Numbered from the stretch's first letter, positions 49,712 through 59,105 are shown. The stretch: 64,000 nucleotides of DNA from an uncultured Acidobacteriota bacterium (GCA_913043225.1 CAJWLU010000002.1:32001-96000), one strand, 5' to 3'. Notes: a model not told the origin generated them from the letters alone. Numbers and translations: made by a program.

Positions 49712-49968
49712 GCGTCCTTCAACCGGGCGATGGTGGCGCCCAGGTGCGACGCCGAATCGTCCCAGTACTCTTCGACCAGGGAGTGGTCGGCGAGTACCTC
49801 GTGAACCGTTCGTCGCTGGATACCGCGGCCTCGCCCGTGCACGATCCGTACTTCAGCCAGCCCTTTCGCATGAGCAGCGTGCACGTATTCGCCCACCAGC
49901 GGCGAGATGTCGCGCGGGGCGAAGGTATGCAGGTCGAGCTCTCGCTCGATCGGCACCCGATGAGTCAT
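49708..49968 (-). CDS. stand-alone Smr (small MutS-related) domain protein
   Basis: [19 protein letters not shown]. Confidence 0.9.
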   Translation of the reverse strand: MTHRVPIERELDLHTFAPRDISPLVGEYVHAAHAKGLAEVRIVHGRGRGIQRRTVHEVLADHSLVEEYWDDSASHLGATIARLKDA

Positions 49969-50360
49969 CGGCGTGTGGCGCGTCGTTTGGACGCCGTGGT
50001 CTTTTGCGCGCGCGCCGGTTTCTCGTAGCGGGTCACCACCTGAGTGGTGAGTCCGCCCCGTACCGAGAAGTCGCCCACCACTTCCATCTTTCTGGGGCGG
50101 CAGGCCGTGACAAGGTCATCGAGAATTTGATTCGTCACAGCTTCATAGAAGATGCCTCGATCGCGGAAGCCCATGAAGTAGTACTTCAACGCCTTTAGCT
50201 CGAGACATGTGCGATCGGGTACGTACATGATCCGGATCTCGCCAAAGTCGGGGAGTCCCGTCTTGGGACAGAGCGACGTGAACTCCGGGCACTGAATCCG
50301 GATTTCGAAGTCCCGGGCGGGTTGGGGATTGGGGAAGGTCTCCAGGGGCTCAGACGACAT
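49965..50360 (-). CDS. queF: NADPH-dependent preQ0 reductase (unimodular QueF)
   Basis: [29 protein letters not shown]. Confidence 0.93.
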   Translation of the reverse strand: MSSEPLETFPNPQPARDFEIRIQCPEFTSLCPKTGLPDFGEIRIMYVPDRTCLELKALKYYFMGFRDRGIFYEAVTNQILDDLVTACRPRKMEVVGDFSVRGGLTTQVVTRYEKPARAQKTTASKRRATRR

Positions 50361-50413
50361 TTGGGCATCTTACATCGGCCTATAAGCGAAGGTCGGTCGC
50401 GGCCCCAACGTCG

Positions 50414-50443
50414 TTGACACCAGAAAACTCGGCGCGCTAGCAT
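50414..50443 (+). promoter_or_regulatory. sigma70-type promoter of the HU gene
   Basis: TTGACA-N18-TAGCAT. Confidence 0.55.
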
Positions 50444-50536
50444 TGCTGCGTCTTCCGAGGGAAGCAAGAAGAGACCGCGAGCCGGCGTGCATGGCGGTCC
50501 TAATCGGTTGGTTGCACGCCTAGTCAGGGGGTCCCG

Positions 50537-50833
50537 ATGACCGACGGCAAGAGGATGAGCAAGACTGAGTTGTTCAAGCACTTCACCGAAAAATTCGGAA
50601 TGAAGCGAACTGAAGTCAGTGCCTTGTTCGACGAGCTGCAGAGCCTGTCTGAGGCGGAGTTGAGGCGGGCCGGGGAGTTCGTGTTGCCTGGTATGGTCAA
50701 GCTGGTTCGGCAGGAGCGACAGGCCCGTATGGGTCGGAACCCAGCCACCGGCGCCCAGATTCATATTCCGGCGAAGACCGTGGTTAAGGCGCGCATCGCG
50801 AAGCAGCTCAAGGACGCCGTCCTCCCCTCGTAG
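50537..50833 (+). CDS. hup: HU family DNA-binding protein
   Basis: MSKTEL, FVLPG, ARMGRNPATG..I.IPAK. Confidence 0.93.
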   Translation: MTDGKRMSKTELFKHFTEKFGMKRTEVSALFDELQSLSEAELRRAGEFVLPGMVKLVRQERQARMGRNPATGAQIHIPAKTVVKARIAKQLKDAVLPS

Positions 50834-50853
50834 GCGGCGCCACGCAGTAGCTC

Positions 50854-50881
50854 ACCCGTCCCGCTTTGTGGGGCGGGTTTT
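50854..50881 (+). terminator. intrinsic terminator after HU
   Basis: ACCCGTCCCGC-TTT-GTGGGGCGGGT hairpin followed by a T run. Confidence 0.7.
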
Positions 50882-50955
50882 GCGCGCTCTCTTCGTTCGT
50901 CTTCGAGACGCCGGCTAGCTGGGGGTCAGCACGCTAGTCGTGTTTCGTTGGCGAC

Positions 50956-51195
50956 CTAGAAGGTGCTGCGGACGCGCCGACAAGTACTCGACCGTACGCC
51001 GACGCTCGAACCAAGCTCGAGAGCTTGGTCTCCCACCTGCCGACTGAGTCTCCGCACAGGATCATGTGGTTCTCCCTGTCGGATTCGACGTCGGCGCGGA
51101 CCGCGTCGTCCCTCACCGCGCACGGTTCGTAGCAGCATACGTTGACGGCGGTCGACTATCTGCAGCTGTTTCTTCTTGCTCAGGGTTTGAAACAT
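50956..51195 (-). other. short ORF with strong Shine-Dalgarno, probably a decayed gene start
   Basis: GGAGGAGG upstream of ATG 51195; the later sequence is Arg-rich and looks out of frame. Confidence 0.3.
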
Positions 51196-51218
51196 CGCAG
51201 TGCCTCCTCCGGAGATGG

Positions 51219-51479
51219 TCAGCTCACCGCTCGCACTGCGGCGGCGTCCTGCTTCTCGAACTGCGCGAACTCGAGCGAGACGGTGGTTCTGTTGCCCACG
51301 GTGCTGGTGATCGAGATAACGTCGCCAAACTGGTCGACAATCTTGCGCGAGATAGCGAGGCCGAGACCGAGTTCCCGGCGTTCGGTGGTGTTGAAGCCCC
51401 CGAAGATACTCTCCAAACGTTCCTGCGGAATTCCGGTGCCATCGTCGACGACGAGCACGGTTTTGAGCTTTGTACTCAT
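51219..51479 (-). pseudogene. C-terminal HATPase_c remnant of a sensor histidine kinase
   Basis: VDDGTGIP (G1), IFGGFNTT (F box), LGLGLAISRKIV (G2); H and N boxes absent. Confidence 0.75.
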
Positions 51480-51550
51480 GGGCTTACAGACCAAGCCGGC
51501 ATTATGGGTTGGCGTTCGGCGCGAACGTAGGATGGCCGGAAGGAGGGCGC

Positions 51551-51580
51551 TTGACACCCTCTGAAGTGCGGGCTTAAGGT
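51551..51580 (+). promoter_or_regulatory. sigma70-type promoter of E2-lipB
   Basis: TTGACA-N18-TAAGGT, 9 nt before the ATG. Confidence 0.55.
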
Positions 51581-51589
51581 AACGGCCCC

Positions 51590-52732
51590 ATGTCTACCGA
51601 CGTGCTGATGCCTCAAATGGGCGAGTCGATTGCCGAGGGGACGGTTGTGCGGTGGATCAAGAAGGTGGGCGAAACTGTCGACCGCGACGAGCCCTTATTC
51701 GAGATCTCCACCGACAAGGTTGACGCCGAGGTTCCATCGCCTCAGGGCGGGGTGCTGCTGCAGATCCGCACCGAGGTTGGCGAGACCGTGCCGATCGACA
51801 CCGTAGTAGCCGTCATAGGTGAGGCCGGCGAGCAGGTGCCGTCCGCCGAGCGCGCGCCGCCCACCCCTGCGGCCGTATCTGCAACCCAGGGCGGCTCGGC
51901 GGCCGGCCCGCGGAGCTCCGGCGGCGCGCGGCGCTTGTCTCCCGTTGTGCGCCGGCTGGCGGCCGAGTACGGGGTTGACCTGGATTCGCTCCGAGGTACG
52001 GGGGACGGCGGTCGCATCACCAAGACCGACGTGCTGGCCTCGGTCCAGAGCGGCGCGCCGCCCGCCACCGTGCAGGTGGCACGCGCCGAGCCGATGAGCG
52101 TCATGCGCCGGCAGATTGCGCAGCACATGGTGCTAAGCCGCCGTACCGCGGCGCATGTCCACACCATTTTCGAGGTGGACTTCACGGAGGTGTCGGTCCG
52201 ACGACAGGCCGCCGAGCCACGTCCCACCTATCTGGCCTACATCGCCGACGCTGTCGCTCGGACGCTGTCCGAGATGCCGGTGATCAATGCCTCGGTGGAG
52301 GGCGATTCGGTCGTTTCCCACGACCACGTCAACTTGGGCATCGCGGTGGCGCTCGACTGGGGACTCATCGTGCCGGTGGTCAAGGATGCCGACCGGATGA
52401 CCGTGAGCCAGCTCGACTTGGCGATTTCGGATCTGGCCACTCGCGCCCGGAGCAAGCAACTCTCGCCGGATGACGTGGCGGAGGGAACCTTCACCATCAC
52501 GAACCCGGGCGGCTTCGGTTCGATCGCCGGGCTCCCGATTATCAATCATCCCCAGTCGGCTATTCTCTGTGTAGGCGCGATCGAGAAGCGTCCCGCTGTG
52601 GTGGACAACGCGGTGTTATCACGGCTTCGCTCCTATCTGACTCTCGGCTTCGATCACCGTCTGATCGACGGGTCGGTCGCGGATCAGTTCCTGGCCGCGA
52701 TCAAGCAGAAGCTGGAGGCCGGCGCCGAGTGA
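51590..52732 (+). CDS. 2-oxoacid dehydrogenase E2 (dihydrolipoamide acyltransferase, SucB/DlaT-like)
   Basis: Lipoyl domain EISTDKVDAE; subunit-binding domain SPVVRRLA..GTG..GRITK; catalytic DHRLIDG. Confidence 0.93.
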   Translation: MSTDVLMPQMGESIAEGTVVRWIKKVGETVDRDEPLFEISTDKVDAEVPSPQGGVLLQIRTEVGETVPIDTVVAVIGEAGEQVPSAERAPPTPAAVSATQGGSAAGPRSSGGARRLSPVVRRLAAEYGVDLDSLRGTGDGGRITKTDVLASVQSGAPPATVQVARAEPMSVMRRQIAQHMVLSRRTAAHVHTIFEVDFTEVSVRRQAAEPRPTYLAYIADAVARTLSEMPVINASVEGDSVVSHDHVNLGIAVALDWGLIVPVVKDADRMTVSQLDLAISDLATRARSKQLSPDDVAEGTFTITNPGGFGSIAGLPIINHPQSAILCVGAIEKRPAVVDNAVLSRLRSYLTLGFDHRLIDGSVADQFLAAIKQKLEAGAE

Positions 52733-53445
52733 CCTCGGAACCAGGCCGGCTAGAGGTGCGCAAGCTCGGTCAAGTGCCCTACTTGAAAGCGATCGACGGG
52801 CAGCGGCGGCTTGTTGAGGCACGGAAGCGGGACGAAATACCCGATCAGCTCCTTCTGTTAGAGCATCCCTCGGTCATCACCGTCGGAGTCAGTGGCCGAC
52901 GGCATCGAGAAAATCTGCTGGCTTCTCCCGCCGAGCTTGCTCGGCGGAACATCGACCTGCTCGAGGTCTCCCGTGGAGGCGATGTCACCTATCACGGCCC
53001 GGGCCAGCTCGTCGGCTATCCCATCCTGGACCTGAAGCCGGATCGCTGCGACGTCCATCGCTACGTTCGTGACCTCGAAGAGGCGTTGATGCGAACCGTT
53101 GCGCGTTTTGGTGTGACGGCCGGTCGGGTGCACGGGCTGACCGGCATCTGGGTGGGAAACGAGAAGCTGGCTGCTATCGGGGTCCGGTTGTCCAGGTGGG
53201 TGACGAGTCATGGCTTCGCGCTCAACGTCACGACCCAGCTTGATGCGTTCGAGTTGATCGTGCCATGCGGAATTCGGGGCCGTGGGGTGACTTCACTCGA
53301 GCGTCTCCTCGGCGCTCCGCCTGCGTGGTCCGACCTCGAAGCTGCTGCGGCTGAGGAACTGGCCGTCTGTTTCGAGCGCTCCATTGTTTCCTCCGCCGTG
53401 TCGGAGAACAGCACCGCTGCCCGTCTATGGGCCACCCGGGAATAA
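52729..53445 (+). CDS. lipB: lipoyl(octanoyl) transferase
   Basis: LLLEH, RGGDVTYHGPGQLVGY, KLAAIG, HGFALNV, IVPCG. Confidence 0.95.
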   Translation: MTSEPGRLEVRKLGQVPYLKAIDGQRRLVEARKRDEIPDQLLLLEHPSVITVGVSGRRHRENLLASPAELARRNIDLLEVSRGGDVTYHGPGQLVGYPILDLKPDRCDVHRYVRDLEEALMRTVARFGVTAGRVHGLTGIWVGNEKLAAIGVRLSRWVTSHGFALNVTTQLDAFELIVPCGIRGRGVTSLERLLGAPPAWSDLEAAAAEELAVCFERSIVSSAVSENSTAARLWATRE

Positions 53446-53482
53446 CCGGCTCCCCTCCTCCGGTGTTTTACGGAGGAAGACG

Positions 53483-53945
53483 ATGCAGGAGAGCAGAGGC
53501 GACTAGGCACGGGTGCAGAGGCTCCACGATGGAGAGGCCTCCGCGGTCGCCGAGCTGTAATCGGTCTAGGGCGTTCGCATCTACCAGCTGGCCTTTCGCT
53601 CCATCAAGAATCGGGAAGACGCCGAGGAAGTTACTCAGGACTGCTGCTGCGAGTCTTCAGCCAGGTCGACGCGTTTTTCGGGGATGTCGCATTGTCATCC
53701 TGGATTAACGGATCACGTTCGATACGGCGATGTCGAGGTCCCGCAGTTTGACGCGCTGGTGGCCGGTCGAGCTGCTGGGTGAGCCGCCAGAGATCTACCG
53801 CGCCGCGGTGCTTTCTTGGGATGTACAGGGGCTGTCGACGATGAGGCCAGCGCAGTGCTCCGCAGACCCTCAAGTGTGGTTCCACCGTGGCCGCCCGGTG
53901 CTGCGCGAGCGGATGTCGAATCTTGCCGCCGATCTCGCAATGTAG
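53483..53945 (+). pseudogene. decayed ECF sigma-70 factor
   Basis: After GGAGGA: MQESRGD*ARVQRL..GEASAVAEL*SV*GVRIYQLAFRSIKNREDAEEVTQD / LLRVFSQVDAF.GDVALSSWI / RITFDTAMSR (region 2), then P.IYRAAVL..DVQGLS...HRGR.VLR (region 4); three in-frame stops plus frameshifts. Confidence 0.85.
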
Positions 53946-53973
53946 TCGTCAGCTTGAAGGTCACCACGTGCCG

Positions 53974-54822
53974 CTAGGTGGAGAGCGAGCGTTCGAGTTC
54001 CACCTGTTCGCGCTGACTGAGAGAAGGTTCCACCTCGCTTTCGATGCCGTAGGGACCGACGCGAACCGGCACTGCGGTTGCCTCCATGGCCGGTACCCCG
54101 CCGGTCGGTCTCGCAACGAAACAACTGAAAGTTCGTTCTGATCCGGAGAGTATCGCGCTGATGAGCGATACCGCGGCCGCGGCCAGTGTGTACGGGCCCG
54201 GCGGCCAGAGCCGGGCAGCGCGTTGACGCAACTGTTGGAGCCGTGGGGGCGACAGCGCCTGCTCCAGCGCTTTGCCGCCCGCGGTGGCATGACTCCAGCC
54301 GATGACTGGATGTGCCGGTGGAGCACCGACGACGCTTACGGCGACCTGGGAGGGTGATGTCCCGGTCTCAAGGGCGGTAATCGCCTGCAGCGCTGAGCTG
54401 AAGCCGACCGGCGCTGAGCCGATCACCCGGCGTGGCGCGATGCCGACCGTCTCCACCGCGTGAGCCACGAGCGACCTATGGCCGGCTCCTGCCAGCACGA
54501 GTGGCGCCCGTCGCACGAGGCCGGCCGCCTGCTCGAGCCAGTGGGTCGCTTCGTCTCTCGTCCAGTCTCCATCGGGGCGCTCGGCCGGGTCGGCTAGTAC
54601 CACTGTCGATGCGCCGATCACCTCGTCGAACTGAGCGCCGGAGACCCGTGTGTCGAATCGTTCCACTGGTCCCGCTTGGTTGATATCGAGTGCCTTGCCC
54701 GCGGCGATACCGGCCGCCGGGTCGATGAGGAGCACACGCGTCGCCTGGTCGGTGGCCGCGAACCGGTAAGCCAATGCGCCTCCGAGGGTGCCGGCTCCGA
54801 CGATGGCAATGGTGGTCGGCAT
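53974..54822 (-). CDS. malate/lactate dehydrogenase-fold protein with degenerate active site
   Basis: IVGAGTLG, AAGKALDI, RRVIGS, GPYGIE; lacks the substrate Arg loop, the D-x-x-R motif and the G-x-H-G histidine. Confidence 0.8.
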   Translation of the reverse strand: MPTTIAIVGAGTLGGALAYRFAATDQATRVLLIDPAAGIAAGKALDINQAGPVERFDTRVSGAQFDEVIGASTVVLADPAERPDGDWTRDEATHWLEQAAGLVRRAPLVLAGAGHRSLVAHAVETVGIAPRRVIGSAPVGFSSALQAITALETGTSPSQVAVSVVGAPPAHPVIGWSHATAGGKALEQALSPPRLQQLRQRAARLWPPGPYTLAAAAVSLISAILSGSERTFSCFVARPTGGVPAMEATAVPVRVGPYGIESEVEPSLSQREQVELERSLST

Positions 54823-54972
54823 CTGCTTCTTCCATGGGGCTTCGCCCCAAATGGCAGTCCCTGCGCTTTCTCTCGGGACTGCGTTCACTCGCAGGCTCAT
54901 TGTGCAGTAGCCTGCCAGCTGTGGGCCCACCGGGGTGGGCCGGTTCTCAGACTAAGATATCAGGCTACCGCT

Positions 54973-55692
54973 ATGGGGCAGATGCCGCTATCAGAACGCG
55001 TCGCCATTGTCACCGGTGGGTCCAGGGGCATCGGGCTCGCTACCGCTGCGGCGCTCCACGAGGCTGGCGCCGCCGTCATGATCTGTGGTCGCTCCGTCGA
55101 GGCTCTGACGGAAGCGGCCTCCGGCTTGGTCGGTGGAGCACCAGTGGCGACGGCGCAGGCTGATCTCCAGCAGCAGGACGAGGCGGAACGGGTCGTGCGG
55201 GCCACGCTCGACGAGCTTGGCGGACTCGACATCTTGATTAACAACGCGGGCGTCGGGCGGTTCGGGCCGCTCAGCCAGCTGTCGCTCGACGACTGGCAGC
55301 AGACCATTGGCACCAACCTGTCGGGCGTGTTCTATTGCTGCCGCGCCGCCGTTCCTATCATGAGAGAGCGCGGCGGAGGGTGGATCATCAACGTGAGCAG
55401 CCTGGCCGGTAAGCATCCGTTCGCGGGCGGAGCCGCCTATTGCGCTTCCAAAGCGGGACTTAACGCTCTGACCGAGTCGCTGATGCAGGATGTCCGGCGT
55501 GACGGCATCCGGGTGAGTGCGGTGCTGCCCGGCTCGGTCAATACGCGATTCGGCGGACATGGTCCGGATCCGGCTGCGGACTGGAAGCTTGCGCCGGAGG
55601 ACGTGGCGCAGGTTATCGTTGATTTACTGGCGCATGAGCCTCGCAGCCTGCCAAGCCGGGTAGAGCTCCGTCCGTCCAGTCCACCCAGGTAA
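54973..55692 (+). CDS. short-chain dehydrogenase/reductase (SDR)
   Basis: TGGSRGIG, NNAG, YCASK. Confidence 0.93.
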   Translation: MGQMPLSERVAIVTGGSRGIGLATAAALHEAGAAVMICGRSVEALTEAASGLVGGAPVATAQADLQQQDEAERVVRATLDELGGLDILINNAGVGRFGPLSQLSLDDWQQTIGTNLSGVFYCCRAAVPIMRERGGGWIINVSSLAGKHPFAGGAAYCASKAGLNALTESLMQDVRRDGIRVSAVLPGSVNTRFGGHGPDPAADWKLAPEDVAQVIVDLLAHEPRSLPSRVELRPSSPPR

Positions 55693-55718
55693 GCGCATTA
55701 GCGGGTCGGTTCAACGGT

Positions 55719-56060
55719 ATATCGGAATGGCTCGGGAGCTACCATCTGCTGACGCGTTCGGCCAGGGGGCCCTGGGACCTATCTATCTGGCTGCTGCCAA
55801 CTGAGACCAACGCCGCGGTACCGGACGAGCTCGACCGAATCGTGACGCCGGTCACCGTCGAGGCGCCAGATAACCGGCATCAGAACTCGTTGTCTGCGGA
55901 ACTTTGGAGCGTCGCGGTGGTCCTGGACGTCAGGAGCGGTGACAAGGAGCCACCAGCCAGGGCAACTTCGGTGGCGGTCGGAGGTGAGGCGCTGTAGGGC
56001 TGGATAGCCGGAGTCGCCGGGCTGGTCCTCGTCCTGCTGCTCTGGTGGTTATTCAGTTAG
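55719..56060 (+). pseudogene. internally deleted Hanks-type Ser/Thr kinase remnant with C-terminal TM
   Basis: LGSYHLLTR / FGQGALGPIYLA (subdomain I) joined to NAAVPDELDRIV...PDNRHQ...AEL (subdomain XI), in-frame TAG, then the TM GWIAGVAGLVLVLLLWWLFS*. Confidence 0.65.
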
Positions 56061-56075
56061 CCACCCGCGGGGAAG

Positions 56076-56369
56076 TCAGTCTACCGAGACGATCAGCTCG
56101 ACCCGGCCGGTTCGAAGCAGGTCTCCAGGACGAAGTGTGGCACGCTCGATCTTGCGTCCATTGACGAACGTGCCGTTCGTGCTTCCCAGGTTCTCCACCA
56201 CTAGCTCGCCATCAGCGACGAGCAGCCGGCAGTGCAGGCGGGACACCAGCGTGGCGTCGAGGATGAAGTCTGCCCGTGGTCCACGTCCTAAGGTGCGGAC
56301 CAGACCGGGCGTCATCCGGAAGGTGTAGGGGCCTCCCTCGGCATCCTCACTCGAGTTCAGTAACCACAT
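56076..56369 (-). CDS. FHA domain protein
   Basis: LGRG, VSRLH, LGSTNGTFVNG. Confidence 0.93.
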   Translation of the reverse strand: MWLLNSSEDAEGGPYTFRMTPGLVRTLGRGPRADFILDATLVSRLHCRLLVADGELVVENLGSTNGTFVNGRKIERATLRPGDLLRTGRVELIVSVD

Positions 56370-56372
56370 CTA

Positions 56373-58037
56373 CTAACGTTCCCGAGGACGGTCAAGCCAT
56401 TCGAGCAGCCGGTCGATGAACTGCTGACTGATCGACTGTCGTTCGAGGCTCAGGTATTCGGCATCGCCGACGTCGCCACGCTCGATCATCAAGTGGTCGA
56501 GTCCTTCGAGGACCACGAGATCGGAAGAGACGTTTCTCCCGCGCGCGTTGGCGATCTCGAGGAGATGGTCGGTGTGGTGCTCCCCGAACCGTCGATCGAG
56601 CGAACCACGCATGAGTAGGGTCGGCTGTCGCACCCGATCAAGGGCTTCGGCCACGTCGAACTCAAGGAAACTCCGGAACGCTGCGTTGTCGGCCTGGCGG
56701 CGCATGTCCCGAGGCACTCCTTCCCAGTCGCCCTCGTCCAGCACGGCTTGATGAATGCGTCGTTGCAGCGCGATTTTCTCCAGGCTTTCGCTGGCTGAGG
56801 AGCCGATCCGTTCCAGTTCGGTTTGCTGTTGTTCGAGGACAAGCTCCGCACCGGAGGTGCCTGGCGAGCCGACTAGCACCAGAGCATCGGTCCGGCGTTC
56901 GCGATCCGCGATCACCATTGCCGCCCATCCGCCCTCGGCGTAGCCCAGCACGGCGATCCGGTCCTCGTCGACGTCGTCGCGGCGATCGAGAAAACGCACC
57001 ATCGTACGCCCATCATCGCCATAGGCCTCGAACCCGGCGGATTCGGACCGCCCCCCACTCTGTCCGACGCCTCGCCGGTCGTAGCGCGCCACGAGGAATC
57101 CGGCGTCGGCCAGCGCGCCGGCCAGCTGGCCCAGTACCGGAATACCAGAGACTGTGCCGTCGCGGTCGGCGCCGCCGGCGCCAGGCACGAGCAATACCGC
57201 CGGCCACCCTTTTTCTGGCGGTGTCTGGTTCACCGGGGTGGTGATGGTGGCCGCCAGCGCGAATCCTTCCGAGCGTACCCGGATCTCCTCGTCACCGGGG
57301 TGACTGGTCCGGCGGATGCGGGTGTCGACGGTCGAGATGTCCTCGCGAGCGACGTCAATGCCTGCGTCGGGAATCGTCACTCTGAGCAGACGGTGGTTCG
57401 GGTCGGTCCAGACCTCAAGCAGCAACGGGCGGTTGTCGTAGAGGAACGACACGCGATGTACCAGAGCTTCTATCAACGTCGTGCCGCTCTGAATCTGTTG
57501 CGGCAGGATTTGTTCAACTCTGGCTTGGATACTGCCCTGTGGCGCGACATAGACAGGGATCAGATCGCCGCGGTTGGCACCCGCCAGTCGGATGGAGAGC
57601 GCTTCGAACCCGCCGAAGAAGTAGTTCGGCAAAACCACCGAGCCAGGTGTCAGCGCGTCGGTGTGGTTACGCGTCTCACCCGATTCCTCGACCTCGTTGA
57701 CCGCTCCCTCCGCTTCGAACTGGGTGATTAGCGAGAACGGGGCGCTCGAACGATACCCCATGATCCGTAGACTGTGGGGACGCCACTGTTCGTCGTAGTG
57801 CACCTCGAAAAGCTGGTTCTGGAGGTCGATCGGCTGGCTGAGGTCGCCGCGCGACCTAATCACCCAGCCCTGGGGGCCGCGAGCCACCTCGATCTGTTCG
57901 AATCCGATCGGATCGGAGCGGAAAAAGACGTTGAATGTGGCGGCGCTGGGAGTGACTTCGATCGCCGGCTGAGCCAGGGCCGCCTGCACCGTCAAGAGTT
58001 GGAGGCCGAGAGTACAATACCCAGCGAAGCGCAACAC
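56373..58037 (-). CDS. secreted alpha/beta-hydrolase-fold protein; nucleophile motif reads GYAEG
   Basis: Signal peptide, N-terminal beta domain, PGAGGADRDG, YDRRGVGQSGG, GYAEGG, GSLD, GLDH. Confidence 0.85.
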   Translation of the reverse strand: MLRFAGYCTLGLQLLTVQAALAQPAIEVTPSAATFNVFFRSDPIGFEQIEVARGPQGWVIRSRGDLSQPIDLQNQLFEVHYDEQWRPHSLRIMGYRSSAPFSLITQFEAEGAVNEVEESGETRNHTDALTPGSVVLPNYFFGGFEALSIRLAGANRGDLIPVYVAPQGSIQARVEQILPQQIQSGTTLIEALVHRVSFLYDNRPLLLEVWTDPNHRLLRVTIPDAGIDVAREDISTVDTRIRRTSHPGDEEIRVRSEGFALAATITTPVNQTPPEKGWPAVLLVPGAGGADRDGTVSGIPVLGQLAGALADAGFLVARYDRRGVGQSGGRSESAGFEAYGDDGRTMVRFLDRRDDVDEDRIAVLGYAEGGWAAMVIADRERRTDALVLVGSPGTSGAELVLEQQQTELERIGSSASESLEKIALQRRIHQAVLDEGDWEGVPRDMRRQADNAAFRSFLEFDVAEALDRVRQPTLLMRGSLDRRFGEHHTDHLLEIANARGRNVSSDLVVLEGLDHLMIERGDVGDAEYLSLERQSISQQFIDRLLEWLDRPRER

Positions 58038-58094
58038 CGGACGAGCATATCACTCCGTTTCGGTCGTTCGCAGCGTGCTCCGTCGGACAAGAGA

Positions 58095-59105
58095 ATGGCG
58101 ACCGATTCCCCGTACCTGGCAGCCCGAGGCGCTGCCGCGCTCCTTGACCTTACCGATCGCGGACGGCTCCTGGTCACGGGTGCCGACAGCGCGTCGTACT
58201 TGCAGGGGCTTCTGACAAACGACATCGAGGCCCTGAAGACAGGTCAAGGCTGCTATGCGGCCCATCTGACCCCGCAAGGACGGATGATCACCGACATGGG
58301 CGTGATGCGGCTCGGTGACGGGATTTTGCTCGACGTGGATGATTCGGTGACCGACATGTTGCGCGATCGTCTCGAGGAGTTCATCTTCGCTGAAGAGGTC
58401 ACGGTAGACGACCTGTCCCGCGTCTGGACCGCGCTGGCGTGCTGTGGCCCTGAGGCTGCCGGCCTCCTGGCCGATCTACTCGACAGCGAGGGCGGGCTCG
58501 ACGCGGAGCAACTCCAGGCCTTGGTAGAGTACGCGCACGTTGCCGCCAAGGCAGACGGTGTCGACGTGGTCGTAGCCGCAACGAGCGCCTTCGGGGTCCC
58601 TGGTTTCATCCTTTACCTGGAGACCGAGGCGGGCCGTGTGCTCGTCCGGCGCCTCGCCGAGCGGGGAGCGGCTCGGCTCTCGGCGGACGATGCCGATCTG
58701 TTGAGGATAGAGGCGGGGCGGCCGAAATTTCCGGCCGAACTCGGTCCGGACGTGATACCGCTCGAAGCCGGGATCGAAGACCGGGCCATCAGTATGACCA
58801 AGGGCTGCTACGTGGGCCAGGAGGTCATCGTTCGCATCTTGCATCGTGGCGGCGGACGGGTGGCCAGGCGCCTGGTCGGTCTGCGGTTCGACGATGAGGC
58901 CGAGGCTGGCGTCTTGCTGGTCGCCGATGGTGGTAAGGCTGGCCCAGATACGGTTGGGTCGGTGACGTCGGTGGCCCGAACGGCCGGCGACGGCCCCCGC
59001 ATCGGACTCGGTTATGTCAAGCGGGAGCTGGCCGAGGTTGGCACCCGTCTGCGCACTGTCGAGGCTGGCCATGGGGTGACGGTAGCGGCCCTGCCGTTCA
59101 CTTAG
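58095..59105 (+). CDS. ygfZ: folate-binding Fe-S cluster maturation protein YgfZ/GcvT family
   Basis: YLQGLLTNDI, LTPQGR, LRIEAG, KGCYVGQE signature. Confidence 0.92.
   Translation: MATDSPYLAARGAAALLDLTDRGRLLVTGADSASYLQGLLTNDIEALKTGQGCYAAHLTPQGRMITDMGVMRLGDGILLDVDDSVTDMLRDRLEEFIFAEEVTVDDLSRVWTALACCGPEAAGLLADLLDSEGGLDAEQLQALVEYAHVAAKADGVDVVVAATSAFGVPGFILYLETEAGRVLVRRLAERGAARLSADDADLLRIEAGRPKFPAELGPDVIPLEAGIEDRAISMTKGCYVGQEVIVRILHRGGGRVARRLVGLRFDDEAEAGVLLVADGGKAGPDTVGSVTSVARTAGDGPRIGLGYVKRELAEVGTRLRTVEAGHGVTVAALPFT

Noticed and set aside
51010..51029. Palindrome ACCAAGCTC-GA-GAGCTTGGT as an operator
   Set aside because: Single occurrence inside a decayed region with no linked promoter or regulator
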